Shown here piece by piece: positions 42,348-50,916 of a DNA stretch of 64,000 nt. This DNA is from Gryllotalpicola sp. (GTDB lineage: Bacteria > Actinomycetota > Actinomycetes > Actinomycetales > Microbacteriaceae). Every line of letters starts with the position of its first letter. Position 1 is the first letter of the stretch. Position numbers and translations under genes: made by a program. The DNA is taken from assembly GCA_036398375.1 (NCBI GenBank), contig DASWPQ010000060.1:72956-136955 (forward strand), in the 5' to 3' direction. The notes beneath the pieces are model-generated. The model was not told the origin of the DNA and did not search any database. It saw only the letters and a program-made list of their open reading frames with translations.

Positions 42348-43846
42348 TGCGCCGCCAGGAACGCCTCGGGCTTCAGCTCGAAGGCCGTGCGGCAGCCGGG
42401 CGAGCAGAAGTAGTACGTCATGCCCTCGTGCTCGAAGCTCGCGGCGGCGGTCCCGGGGCTGACGGTCATGCCGCAGACGGGGTCGCGGTGGGTCCCGTCG
42501 GGGTCGGATGCCATGCCGTGGTGTTTCGTCATCTCGAGGTTCCTCTCATCGAAGTGACCGGCGCAGCGGTCGGAGCAGAAGTAGAAGGTCTCGCCGTCAC
42601 GCATGCGCCAGGCGACGGCATTGGCGATCTCGACCTGCATGCCGCAGACCGGGTCCTTGGCGTAGCGGCCGGTGTCCCTCCGGGTGCGGTAGAGCCAATA
42701 CATGACGGCGAAGAGCACGAGGGCCGCGATGTCGAGCCAGCTCGTGCCTGGGCTGCGAGTGAATACGGCCCAGACCGGCCCGTGCTCCGCCATTGCCGCG
42801 AGGTGCTCCGGCGCAGGAATCCGCACGAGGCGGAACAGGTACTCGACCGCAAGACCCGCCGCGCTCATCGTCGCCCAGAAGACGGCGAGGATCTTGAGCG
42901 TGACCCTGGGGCCGAAGTATCCGCGGTAGATCGCGAGCAGCGGCAGGGCGATCAGGTCGGCGAAGACGAAGGAGACCACGCCGCCGAAGCTCGCGCCGCC
43001 GTGCCAGAGCGTCGCCGCGAGCGGCACGTTGCCCACCGAGCAGACGAAGCTGATAATCGCCAGGAACGGGCCGACGACGACGTTCTCGAGGCTGGACCAG
43101 AAGCCGTGGCCCGTGAGGAACAGGGATTGCCACACGGCGTCGGGCACGAACACCGTGATGAGCCCGGCGACGAGGAATCCGATGATGAGCTCCTTCCGGA
43201 TCATCGTCAGGTCGCTGACCAGGTAGGCCGCCGCGTCCGACCAGCCCTGGCGGCTGCGCAGGCGCTGCCGCAGCGGCAGCTCGTCGTGCACCTCGGCGTC
43301 GTCGTGGTGGTGCCCGTGGGTGGTCTGCCCGCCACCGGCCTGCTCGCCGCCTCGATGGCCCTCGCCGCGCTGGCCGCCGCTTCGGCTCCGGTCCAGATGC
43401 GCATGGGCCTCCGCGGCGGTGCGGCCGCCGAACACGCGCGTGCCCACGAGCGCGAGCAGGGCGATCATGATCGCTCCACCGACGAACTCGGCGAGGGCGA
43501 ACTGCCAGCCGAGCAGCAGCCACAGCACGAGCCCCATCTCGATGACGAGGTTCGTGCTGGCGATCATGAAGACGAGCGAGGTCGTGAAGTCCGCGCCGCG
43601 CCGGAACAGCGTCTTGGCGAGCGCGCTCGCCGCGTAGGAGCAGGAGGAGCTGACCATGCCCCAGAATGTCGCCTTCGCGAGCGTCGCGGGCCGGTGGTCG
43701 CCGAGCATCCGCTGCATGCGCTCACGCGAGACGAACGCCTGCACCGCTCCGGACAGCGCGAAGCCCAGGAACAGCGCCCAAAGCGTGTCCCAGAACATGC
43801 TGAAGGCGTCGACGAGCCCGTCGCCCAGCATCCGCACGAGATCCAT
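42344..43846 (-). CDS. DUF318-type permease with two C-terminal YHS domains
   Basis: SSSCSY and FVCSVGNVP motifs; His-rich loop; DPVCGM...YFCS..C twice. Confidence 0.88.
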   Translation of the reverse strand: MDLVRMLGDGLVDAFSMFWDTLWALFLGFALSGAVQAFVSRERMQRMLGDHRPATLAKATFWGMVSSSCSYAASALAKTLFRRGADFTTSLVFMIASTNLVIEMGLVLWLLLGWQFALAEFVGGAIMIALLALVGTRVFGGRTAAEAHAHLDRSRSGGQRGEGHRGGEQAGGGQTTHGHHHDDAEVHDELPLRQRLRSRQGWSDAAAYLVSDLTMIRKELIIGFLVAGLITVFVPDAVWQSLFLTGHGFWSSLENVVVGPFLAIISFVCSVGNVPLAATLWHGGASFGGVVSFVFADLIALPLLAIYRGYFGPRVTLKILAVFWATMSAAGLAVEYLFRLVRIPAPEHLAAMAEHGPVWAVFTRSPGTSWLDIAALVLFAVMYWLYRTRRDTGRYAKDPVCGMQVEIANAVAWRMRDGETFYFCSDRCAGHFDERNLEMTKHHGMASDPDGTHRDPVCGMTVSPGTAAASFEHEGMTYYFCSPGCRTAFELKPEAFLAAQ

Positions 43847-43855
43847 CGCCCCCAC

Positions 43856-43889
43856 AATACCTGTAAATCCGTACGGTTTTCCAGATATT
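43856..43889. promoter_or_regulatory. 34-bp palindromic operator (likely ArsR)
   Basis: AATACCTGTAAATCCGTACGGTTTTCCAGATATT, 28/34 symmetric, overlapping the TATTGT -10. Confidence 0.75.
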
Positions 43890-43948
43890 CCCGCGCCCCC
43901 GCGCCCCACCCCCGCGCCCCACCCCCGCGTCCCACCCCCGCGCCCCGC
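43890..43948 (-). repeat. G-tract tandem repeat (about 13-bp unit)
   Basis: Iterated CCCCACCCCCGCG on the plus strand. Confidence 0.75.
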
Positions 43949-43954
43949 GGGAAC

Positions 43955-44016
43955 TAGTTCCCGTTCCGGACAGAGGTCGCCGCAGCCGCGGGCGCAGCTG
44001 TCCGGAACGGGAACTA
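43955..44016. repeat. Perfect 19-bp inverted repeat
   Basis: TAGTTCCCGTTCCGGACAG-N24-CTGTCCGGAACGGGAACTA. Confidence 0.88.
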
Positions 44017-44068
44017 ATCGGTGGGCGGCCACGGACCGGGGCCGGGGGCCGGGGCCGAGGACCGGGGG

Positions 44069-45100
44069 CTAGCCGACGACGTCGCTCGAACGCTGCCAGA
44101 TGTTGACGCCCGCGTCGACGGCGTGCCGGTCGATCTCGGCGAGCTCGTCCGAAGTGAAGTCCAGCTTCTGGAGCGCCGCGAGGTTGTCCTCCAGCTGGGC
44201 GACGCTCGACGCGCCGATGAGCGCCGAGGTCACGCGCGCGTCGCGCAGCACCCACGCGATCGCCAGCTGGGCGAGGCTCTGCCCGCGCCCCTCCGCGACG
44301 GCGTGCAGGGCGCGCACCCGCTCGATGGTCTCCTCGGTGAGGAATCCGTCCCGCCACGACGGCGCCGTGGTGGCGCGCGATCCCTCGGGGACGCCGTTCA
44401 GGTACTTGTTCGTCAGCAGACCCTGCGCGAGCGGGCTGAAGGCGATGAGGCCGAGACCGAGCTCGCCGACGGCGTCGAGCAGGCCGCCCTCGACCCAGCG
44501 GTTGAACATCGAGTAGCTCGGCTGGTGGATGAGCGTCGGCGTCCCCATCGCCTTCAGGATCGCGACGGCCTCGCGGGTCCGCTCGGGCGAGTAGCTGGAG
44601 ATGCCCGCATACAACGCCTTCCCGCTGCGGACGGCCCTGTCGAGGGCGCCCATGGTCTCCTCGAGCGGGGTGTCCGGGTCGGCGCGGTGCGAGTAGAAGA
44701 TGTCGACGTAGTCGAGCCCCATGCGCCCGAGCGAGGCATCGAGGCTCGCGAGCAGGTACTTGCGGCTGCCCCACTCGCCGTAGGGGCCGGCGTGCATCCG
44801 GTAGCCGGCCTTGGTCGAGATGATCAGCTCGTCACGGTACGGCCGGAAGTCCTCGGCCATGATCCGGCCGAAGTTCTTCTCGGCGCTGCCGGCAGGCGGG
44901 CCGTAGTTGTTGGCGAGGTCGAAGTGCGTCACGCCGAGGTCGAAGGCGCGGCGCAGGATCGCGCGCTGCGCCTCGAGCGGCGCGGAGTCGCCGAAATTCT
45001 GCCACAACCCGAGCGACACGGCGGGCAGCAGCAGCCCGCTGCGCCCCGTGCGCCGGTAGGGGATGGACTCGTAACGGCTTTCGGAGGCGAGATAGGGCAC
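44069..45100 (-). CDS. Aldo/keto reductase (L-glyceraldehyde-3-phosphate reductase-like)
   Basis: SLGLWQNFG, HFDLANNYGPP.GSAE, STKAGY, SPLAQGLLT. Confidence 0.93.
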   Translation of the reverse strand: MPYLASESRYESIPYRRTGRSGLLLPAVSLGLWQNFGDSAPLEAQRAILRRAFDLGVTHFDLANNYGPPAGSAEKNFGRIMAEDFRPYRDELIISTKAGYRMHAGPYGEWGSRKYLLASLDASLGRMGLDYVDIFYSHRADPDTPLEETMGALDRAVRSGKALYAGISSYSPERTREAVAILKAMGTPTLIHQPSYSMFNRWVEGGLLDAVGELGLGLIAFSPLAQGLLTNKYLNGVPEGSRATTAPSWRDGFLTEETIERVRALHAVAEGRGQSLAQLAIAWVLRDARVTSALIGASSVAQLEDNLAALQKLDFTSDELAEIDRHAVDAGVNIWQRSSDVVG

Positions 45101-45161
45101 TCCGTCAGCCTGCCAGATTTCCCCCGCCGGCCCCAGACTCAGTCGCCCGGCAGTCCCGGAT

Positions 45162-46028
45162 TCAGTCCGTCAGACCCAGGGCATGCGCGAGTCGCACGTA
45201 GTCCTCACGGATGTCGTCCCCTGCGGCGGCGATGAGCTGCACGGCCACATGGTCGGCACCGGCGTGCAGGTGCGAGTCCAGACGCGCCGCGATCGCAGCG
45301 TCGTCCCCGTAGACGACGAGGTCGTCGATGAGGCGGTCGCTGCCGGGGCTCTCGAGGTCCTCGTCGCTGTAGCCGAGCCGCTTCAGGTTGCTCACATAGT
45401 TGCGCAGGCCCAGGTAGGGCTTGTCGACGCTCGGGCGGCCCAGCTCGCGCGCCTCCTCCGCGTCCTCGCGCCGCACGACCCGCTGCTCGGTGGCCAGCAG
45501 CCTGTCCGGCCCGAGGATCTCGCGGGCGCCCTCGTTGAAGGAGGGCGTGACGAGATAGGGGTGCGCGCCGGCCGAACGGTCGCGCGCGAGTTCGAGCATC
45601 CGCGGCCCGAGCGCGGCGAGCACGCGGCGCTCGGCCGGCACGAGCCGGTCGTCGAGCACGTCGAGGTAGTCGACCATCGCCGCGTAGGGCTTGAGCGCGC
45701 GGCCGCCCTGGTTCTCGGGGTGCCCCACGCCGACGCCGACCAGCACCCGGCCTGGGTGCGCCTCCTCCACGCGGTGGTAGGAATCGGCGAGCTCGCTCGG
45801 ATCGCCCGTCCAGATGTTGACGATGCCCGTCGCGACCGTGATGGTGCTCGTGTTGGCGATGAGCGATTCAACGAGCTCGAGGTTTGCCGGGGAGCCGCCG
45901 ATCCAGATCGCCCCGAAGCCGAGCGCCTCGAGATGGTAGGCGAGCTCGGGGGTCGGATCCGCCCGCCCGCTGATCCAGACGCCGTATCGGCCGAGTGCGG
46001 GCGTGCTCACTTCGCTGTAGTCGCTCAT
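45162..46028 (-). CDS. LLM-class (putative F420-dependent) oxidoreductase
   Basis: VATGIVNIW, GVGVGH, AALGPRML, GAHPY, AGADHV. Confidence 0.88.
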   Translation of the reverse strand: MSDYSEVSTPALGRYGVWISGRADPTPELAYHLEALGFGAIWIGGSPANLELVESLIANTSTITVATGIVNIWTGDPSELADSYHRVEEAHPGRVLVGVGVGHPENQGGRALKPYAAMVDYLDVLDDRLVPAERRVLAALGPRMLELARDRSAGAHPYLVTPSFNEGAREILGPDRLLATEQRVVRREDAEEARELGRPSVDKPYLGLRNYVSNLKRLGYSDEDLESPGSDRLIDDLVVYGDDAAIAARLDSHLHAGADHVAVQLIAAAGDDIREDYVRLAHALGLTD

Positions 46029-46094
46029 ATCAGGGGTAGCCCTCTCCGTCCCGACTCTATTCCCGTCTCTTCCCGACAGGTGCCGGTTGCGCGG

Positions 46095-47366
46095 TCAGAG
46101 ACCAAAGTACGAGCGGATGCCTGCGGCCGCCTCGAGGAAGGCGTCGACGTCCTCCGCCGTGTTGTAGAGATACACGCTCGCCCGGACGCTCGAGGTGAGC
46201 CCGAGGCGCCGGTGCAGGGGCTGCGCGCAGTGGTGCCCCACGCGCACCGCGATGCCGCGCACGTCGAGGTACTGCCCCGCGTCGTGCGCGTGCACACCCG
46301 CCACCTCGAAGGCCACGAGCCCGGCGCGCTCCGCCCCGGCCGGGGGCCCGATGAGACGGATGCCGGGCAGCCCGGCCAGTCCGTCATAGAGCCGCGCGGC
46401 CAGCGCCGCCTCATGCGCGCGGATCGCCTCCAGACCGGCATCCGTCAGATACCCGACCGCCGCACCGAACGCGACCGCCTGCGACACGGGCTGCGTGCCC
46501 GCCTCGAAGCGCTGCGGTGTGGGCAGGAACTCCGCGCCGTCCATGGTGACGGTCGTGATCATCGAGCCGCCGGTGCGGGCGGGCGGCAGGGCGTCGAGCA
46601 GCTCGCGGCGGCCGTAGAGCACGCCGAGCCCGGTCGGGCCGAGCATCTTGTGCGCGCTGAAGGCGGCGAAGTCCACGCCGAGCGCGTGCAGTCCGAGCGC
46701 GCGGTGCGGGGCCGACTGGCAGGCATCCAGCACGGTGAGGGCGCCGACGGAGGTCGCGAGCGCGACCATCCCCGTGACATCCGCCACCATGCCGGTCACG
46801 TTCGAGACGTGCGCGAAGGCGATGAGCCGGGTGCGCTCGGTGACGACCGCGCGGGCGTCCTCGACCGTCCAGAGGCCGTCGTCGTCGACGGGCACGTAGC
46901 GCAGGGTCGCGCCGGTCTGCGCGGCGAGCTCCTGCCACGGGATGAGGTTCGCGTGGTGCTCCGCCTCGGTGACGACGAGCTCGTCGCCCGGGCCGAGGGC
47001 GAAGCGCCGCGCCGCCTCTCCCCCGCGGCCGCGCGAGGCGACGCCGATCGCGAGGGCGACCGTGTTCAGGGCGTCCGTCGCGTTCAGCTGCCAGGCGATC
47101 TCGTCGGCGTCCGCGCCGACGAAGCGGGCCACGGCCTCCCGCGCGCCCTCGAACTCCTCGGTCGCCTCGGCGGCGAGAGTGTGCGCGCCGCGATGCACAG
47201 CGGCGTTGCGGCGTTCCAGGAAGTCCTGCTCGGCGTCCAGCACGACCTGTGGGCGTTGCGCCGTCGCGGCCGAGTCGAGGTAGACGAGCGGATGCCCGTT
47301 CACGGTCTGGTCGAGGAGGGGGAAGTCCGCCCGCAGGTCCGCGAGCGGTGTCGTCAGAGTCGCCAC
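46095..47366 (-). CDS. sufS: SufS-type cysteine desulfurase
   Basis: YLDSAATAQ, EHHAN, SAHKMLG, RVGHHCAQP. Confidence 0.92.
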   Translation of the reverse strand: MATLTTPLADLRADFPLLDQTVNGHPLVYLDSAATAQRPQVVLDAEQDFLERRNAAVHRGAHTLAAEATEEFEGAREAVARFVGADADEIAWQLNATDALNTVALAIGVASRGRGGEAARRFALGPGDELVVTEAEHHANLIPWQELAAQTGATLRYVPVDDDGLWTVEDARAVVTERTRLIAFAHVSNVTGMVADVTGMVALATSVGALTVLDACQSAPHRALGLHALGVDFAAFSAHKMLGPTGLGVLYGRRELLDALPPARTGGSMITTVTMDGAEFLPTPQRFEAGTQPVSQAVAFGAAVGYLTDAGLEAIRAHEAALAARLYDGLAGLPGIRLIGPPAGAERAGLVAFEVAGVHAHDAGQYLDVRGIAVRVGHHCAQPLHRRLGLTSSVRASVYLYNTAEDVDAFLEAAAGIRSYFGL

Positions 47367-47446
47367 GCCCCCAACGCTATGCCCGCGATGCGCACTCCGT
47401 CTGGGAGGTTACGCCCGGGAAGGCCGCGCGGATGCCGACGGAAGGA

Positions 47447-48148
47447 TCAGGCGGCCACGTCGCGCCCGCCCGGCTGCGCGAAGCTGAAGGTGAACTCGCG
47501 GCGCACGGCGAAGCCGAGCCGTTCGTAGACGCCCTTCGCGCTGTCGTTGTCGGCGCGCACGTGCAGGAACGCCCGCTGCCCCTCGGCCCGGATGCCGGAG
47601 ACGACGGCGCGCACGACCCGGGCCGCGAAGCCGCGGCCGCGGAACTCGGGGTCCGTGCACACGGCGCTCACCTCGACCCAGCCGGTCGGATTCATACGGC
47701 GGCCGGCCATCGCGGCGAGGCGGCCGTCGACGCGGATGCCGGCGTAGCCGCCGAGCTCGATCGTGCGCGGGGCGAAGGGGCCCGGCTTGGTGCGCTCGAC
47801 CAGGTCGATCATCTCGGGCACGTCGGCCGCGCCCAGGGCCAGGACGTCGTCCCCGTCGCCCGGCGCGCTCTGAAAGCCGTCGTCCGTCATCTGCAGCCCG
47901 ACGCCTGTCTCGCCCGACCAGCTCGCGGGGGCCGTTCGCCCCGGCAGCCCGATGCCTTCGCCGATCGGCACGAGCGCGGCGAGGGCCTCCCAGTCGGCGG
48001 CGGTGGCGTCGTCGGGCACGGCGCCCCAGACCGACACCTCGGGGTCATAGCGCAGGGCACGGCCGGAGCCGAGCGCGAAACGCGCGTGGGCGCCGGAAAG
48101 GGAATGCCAGGCGGGGTTGTCGAGTACGGAGATCGCGGGCGAAGTCAC
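47447..48148 (-). CDS. GNAT acetyltransferase (FR47-like)
   Basis: LDNPAW, EVSAVCT.PEFRGRG, YERLGF. Confidence 0.9.
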   Translation of the reverse strand: MTSPAISVLDNPAWHSLSGAHARFALGSGRALRYDPEVSVWGAVPDDATAADWEALAALVPIGEGIGLPGRTAPASWSGETGVGLQMTDDGFQSAPGDGDDVLALGAADVPEMIDLVERTKPGPFAPRTIELGGYAGIRVDGRLAAMAGRRMNPTGWVEVSAVCTDPEFRGRGFAARVVRAVVSGIRAEGQRAFLHVRADNDSAKGVYERLGFAVRREFTFSFAQPGGRDVAA

Positions 48149-48278
48149 CCGTCCAGCCTAGATTCGATCGCCGACACCCATTGCGGCGGTGACCGCGCAT
48201 GCCTCGGGACGCAGCGGCGCCCCGAGCCCGCTCGGACCCGGGGCGCCGCGCGCGGCATCCGCTCGTCAGCTCAGCACG

Positions 48279-49238
48279 TCAGCTCAGCACATCCGCGAGG
48301 AACGCGACGGCCTGGGCGACCGCGCCCTTGGCGGCGAAGGTGTCGTGCAGTCCGTTGACCATCACGAAGTCGTGCACGATGCCCTGGTAGCGCACCGCGG
48401 TCACCGGCACACCGGCACGGCGCAGCTTCGCGGCATACGCCTCGCCCTCGTCACGCAGCACGTCGGCCTCACCGGTGATCACGAGCGCCGCCGGCAACCC
48501 CGCGAGCTGCTCCTCGCTCGCCCGCAACGGGGAGGCCGTGATCTGCGCCCGCTCCTCCTGGCTCGGAGCGTACTGATCCCAGAACCACTTCATGCCCTCG
48601 AGCGTCAGGAAGTAGCCCTCGGCGAACTCCCGGTAGCTGGCGGTGTCGAAGCGCGCGTCGGTGACCGGATAGAACAGCAGCTGCCCGGCGATCGGCACGC
48701 CGCCGCGCTCCTTGGCCAGCAGGGTCAGGGCGGCGGTCATGTTCCCGCCCACCGAATCACCCGCGACCGCGAGGCGCGAGCCGTCCAGATCCTTCTGCGC
48801 CCCCGAGGCGACGATCCACTGCGCGGTCGCCCACACCTGCTCCAGCGCGTGCGGGTAGCGCGCCTCGGGCGAGCGGTCGTACTCCGGGAACACCACGGCG
48901 GCGTTAGCGCCGATCGCGAGGTCGCGCACCAGCCGGTCATGCGTGTGCGCATCGCCGAACACCCAGCCGGCCCCGTGCGTGTACAGGATCACCGGAAGCG
49001 TCCCGGTGACGCCCTGCGGCCGCACGATGCGGACCGTGACCGTGCCCGTCGGGCCGCCGGGGATCTCGATCCACTCCTCATCGACCTCCGGCTTGAAGAT
49101 CGGCTCGTCCTGCACACCATCGACGGCCTTACGACCCTCCTCCGGCGCCAACTGGTAGAGGAACGGGGGCTCGCTCGTGGCATCGACGAACGCCTGCGCC
49201 GCCGGCTCCAGAGAAACATTGCGCGGATTGCCGCTCAT
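48279..49238 (-). CDS. HSL-family alpha/beta hydrolase
   Basis: HGAGWV, GDSVGG, DVLRDEG, HDF. Confidence 0.93.
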   Translation of the reverse strand: MSGNPRNVSLEPAAQAFVDATSEPPFLYQLAPEEGRKAVDGVQDEPIFKPEVDEEWIEIPGGPTGTVTVRIVRPQGVTGTLPVILYTHGAGWVFGDAHTHDRLVRDLAIGANAAVVFPEYDRSPEARYPHALEQVWATAQWIVASGAQKDLDGSRLAVAGDSVGGNMTAALTLLAKERGGVPIAGQLLFYPVTDARFDTASYREFAEGYFLTLEGMKWFWDQYAPSQEERAQITASPLRASEEQLAGLPAALVITGEADVLRDEGEAYAAKLRRAGVPVTAVRYQGIVHDFVMVNGLHDTFAAKGAVAQAVAFLADVLS

Positions 49239-49262
49239 GGTCTGACTCCTTCTCGTTGTGAT

Positions 49263-49313
49263 GAGAACGGTCGTTCTCGCCTTCGTTCACGACTATAGAG
49301 AACGATCGTTCTC
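49263..49313. promoter_or_regulatory. Two TetR operators
   Basis: GAGAACGGTCGTTCTC (49263-49278) and perfect palindrome GAGAACGATCGTTCTC (49298-49313) between the divergent genes. Confidence 0.85.
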
Positions 49314-49333
49314 AATGCAAGTAGACTGGGCGC

Positions 49334-49891
49334 ATGAGTGAGGAGAACCGCACCAGGATCGTCGAGGCCGCCGACGAGCTCTTCTACGCGCGCGGCATCG
49401 GGCAGGTCGGCATGGATGCCGTCCGTGATGCGGCGGGCGTCTCGCTGCGCGCCCTGTACAACGAGTTCCCGTCGAAGGAGGACCTGATCGTCGCCGTCCT
49501 CGGCAAGCGCCATGAGATGTGGACGAGCGGCGTCTCCAGAAAGGTCGACGCCATCGCAGAGCCGCGCGCGAAGCTGCTGGCCGTCTACGACTACCTCGCC
49601 GACTGGTTCGACGATGGCGACTTCCGCGGCTGCGGCTTCATCAACGCCTTCGGCGAGCTGGGGGCGGCCAGCCCGCGCGTCGCCGAGACCGTGCAGGACC
49701 ACAAGGCGGACTTCCAGCGCTACGTCGACGCCCTCGTCGAACGCGCCGGCGGCCCGGCATCCCTCGGCCCCCAGCTGGCCATGCTCGCGGAAGGCGCGCA
49801 GACGACCGCCGCCATCTCCGGCACGACGGAGGCCGCGCACCACGCCCGAGCGGCCGCGGAGACGCTCATCGCCGCCGCCGGCCTCGCCTGA
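49334..49891 (+). CDS. TetR family regulator
   Basis: HTH AAGVSLRALYNEFPSKEDL; RGCGFIN. Confidence 0.94.
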   Translation: MSEENRTRIVEAADELFYARGIGQVGMDAVRDAAGVSLRALYNEFPSKEDLIVAVLGKRHEMWTSGVSRKVDAIAEPRAKLLAVYDYLADWFDDGDFRGCGFINAFGELGAASPRVAETVQDHKADFQRYVDALVERAGGPASLGPQLAMLAEGAQTTAAISGTTEAAHHARAAAETLIAAAGLA

Positions 49892-49961
49892 ACGGCGACG
49901 GCGGGCGACGGCGATGCATGCCGGAGCGGCACCACGGGTGCCGGCGGCCACGACAGCGTGA

Positions 49962-50891
49962 CTACGGAAGGATGTAGCCCGCTGCCGTGAAGAGGCGGTA
50001 CCACTCCGTGCGGCTCAGCGGCAGCTCGCTGCCGGCGGCGGACTCGCGCACGCGCTCCGGCTTGGTGGTGCCGAGCACGACCTGGAGCCGCGCCGGGTGC
50101 CGGGTGATCCACGCGACGGCGATCGCGGTGGGCGTGACGCCGTACTTCGCCGCGAGCTCGTCGATCGCGTCGTTGAGCTCCGCGTAGTTCTCACGGTCGC
50201 CGAGGAACACGCCGTTGAAGAACTGCTTCTGGAACGGCGACCACGCCTGCAGCGTCATGTCGTTCAGGCGCGAGTAGTCGAGCAGCCCGTTGTCACGATC
50301 GATCGACTGGTCGAGCCCCGCCATGTTCGCGGCGATGCCCGAGGCGAACAGCGGCGCGTGGGTGATCGACAGCTGCACCTGGTTGAAGGCGAGCGGCTGC
50401 TTCACGTACTTCTTCAGCAGCTCGATCTGGCCGGGGCGCTGGTTCGAGACGCCGAAGTTGCGCACTTTGCCGGCTTGGAAGAGCTCGTCGAAGGCCGAGG
50501 CGACCTCCTCCGGCTCCACGAGGGTGTCGGGACGGTGCAGCAGCAGCACGTCGATGTAGTCCGTGCGCAGCGCCTTCAGCGAGCCCTCGACCGACTCGAG
50601 GATGTGCTCCTTCGAGAAGTCGAAGGAGCCCGGGCGGATGCCGGTCTTGGTCTGGATCACGATCCGCTCGCGCTCGGAGGAGGAGAGCTGCAGCGCGTCG
50701 CCGAAGCGCTGCTCGCACACGTGCGGGGCGCCGCCGTAGACATCCGCATGGTCGAAGAAGTCGATGCCCTCCTCGCGCGCGGTGCGGTACAGGGTGCGGA
50801 TCGCCTCGTCGTCGAGGTCGGCGATGCGCATGAGCCCGAGGATGATGTTCGAGGTCGTGAGATCGGTCTGGGGAAGGGTGAGTTTCTTCAC
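49962..50891 (-). CDS. Aldo/keto reductase (YdhF-like)
   Basis: FFDHADVYG, LLLHRPD, GKVRNFGVSN, QAWSP. Confidence 0.93.
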   Translation of the reverse strand: MKKLTLPQTDLTTSNIILGLMRIADLDDEAIRTLYRTAREEGIDFFDHADVYGGAPHVCEQRFGDALQLSSSERERIVIQTKTGIRPGSFDFSKEHILESVEGSLKALRTDYIDVLLLHRPDTLVEPEEVASAFDELFQAGKVRNFGVSNQRPGQIELLKKYVKQPLAFNQVQLSITHAPLFASGIAANMAGLDQSIDRDNGLLDYSRLNDMTLQAWSPFQKQFFNGVFLGDRENYAELNDAIDELAAKYGVTPTAIAVAWITRHPARLQVVLGTTKPERVRESAAGSELPLSRTEWYRLFTAAGYILP

Positions 50892-50916
50892 CCGTCCATT
50901 CTCCCGCTGACCGCCG

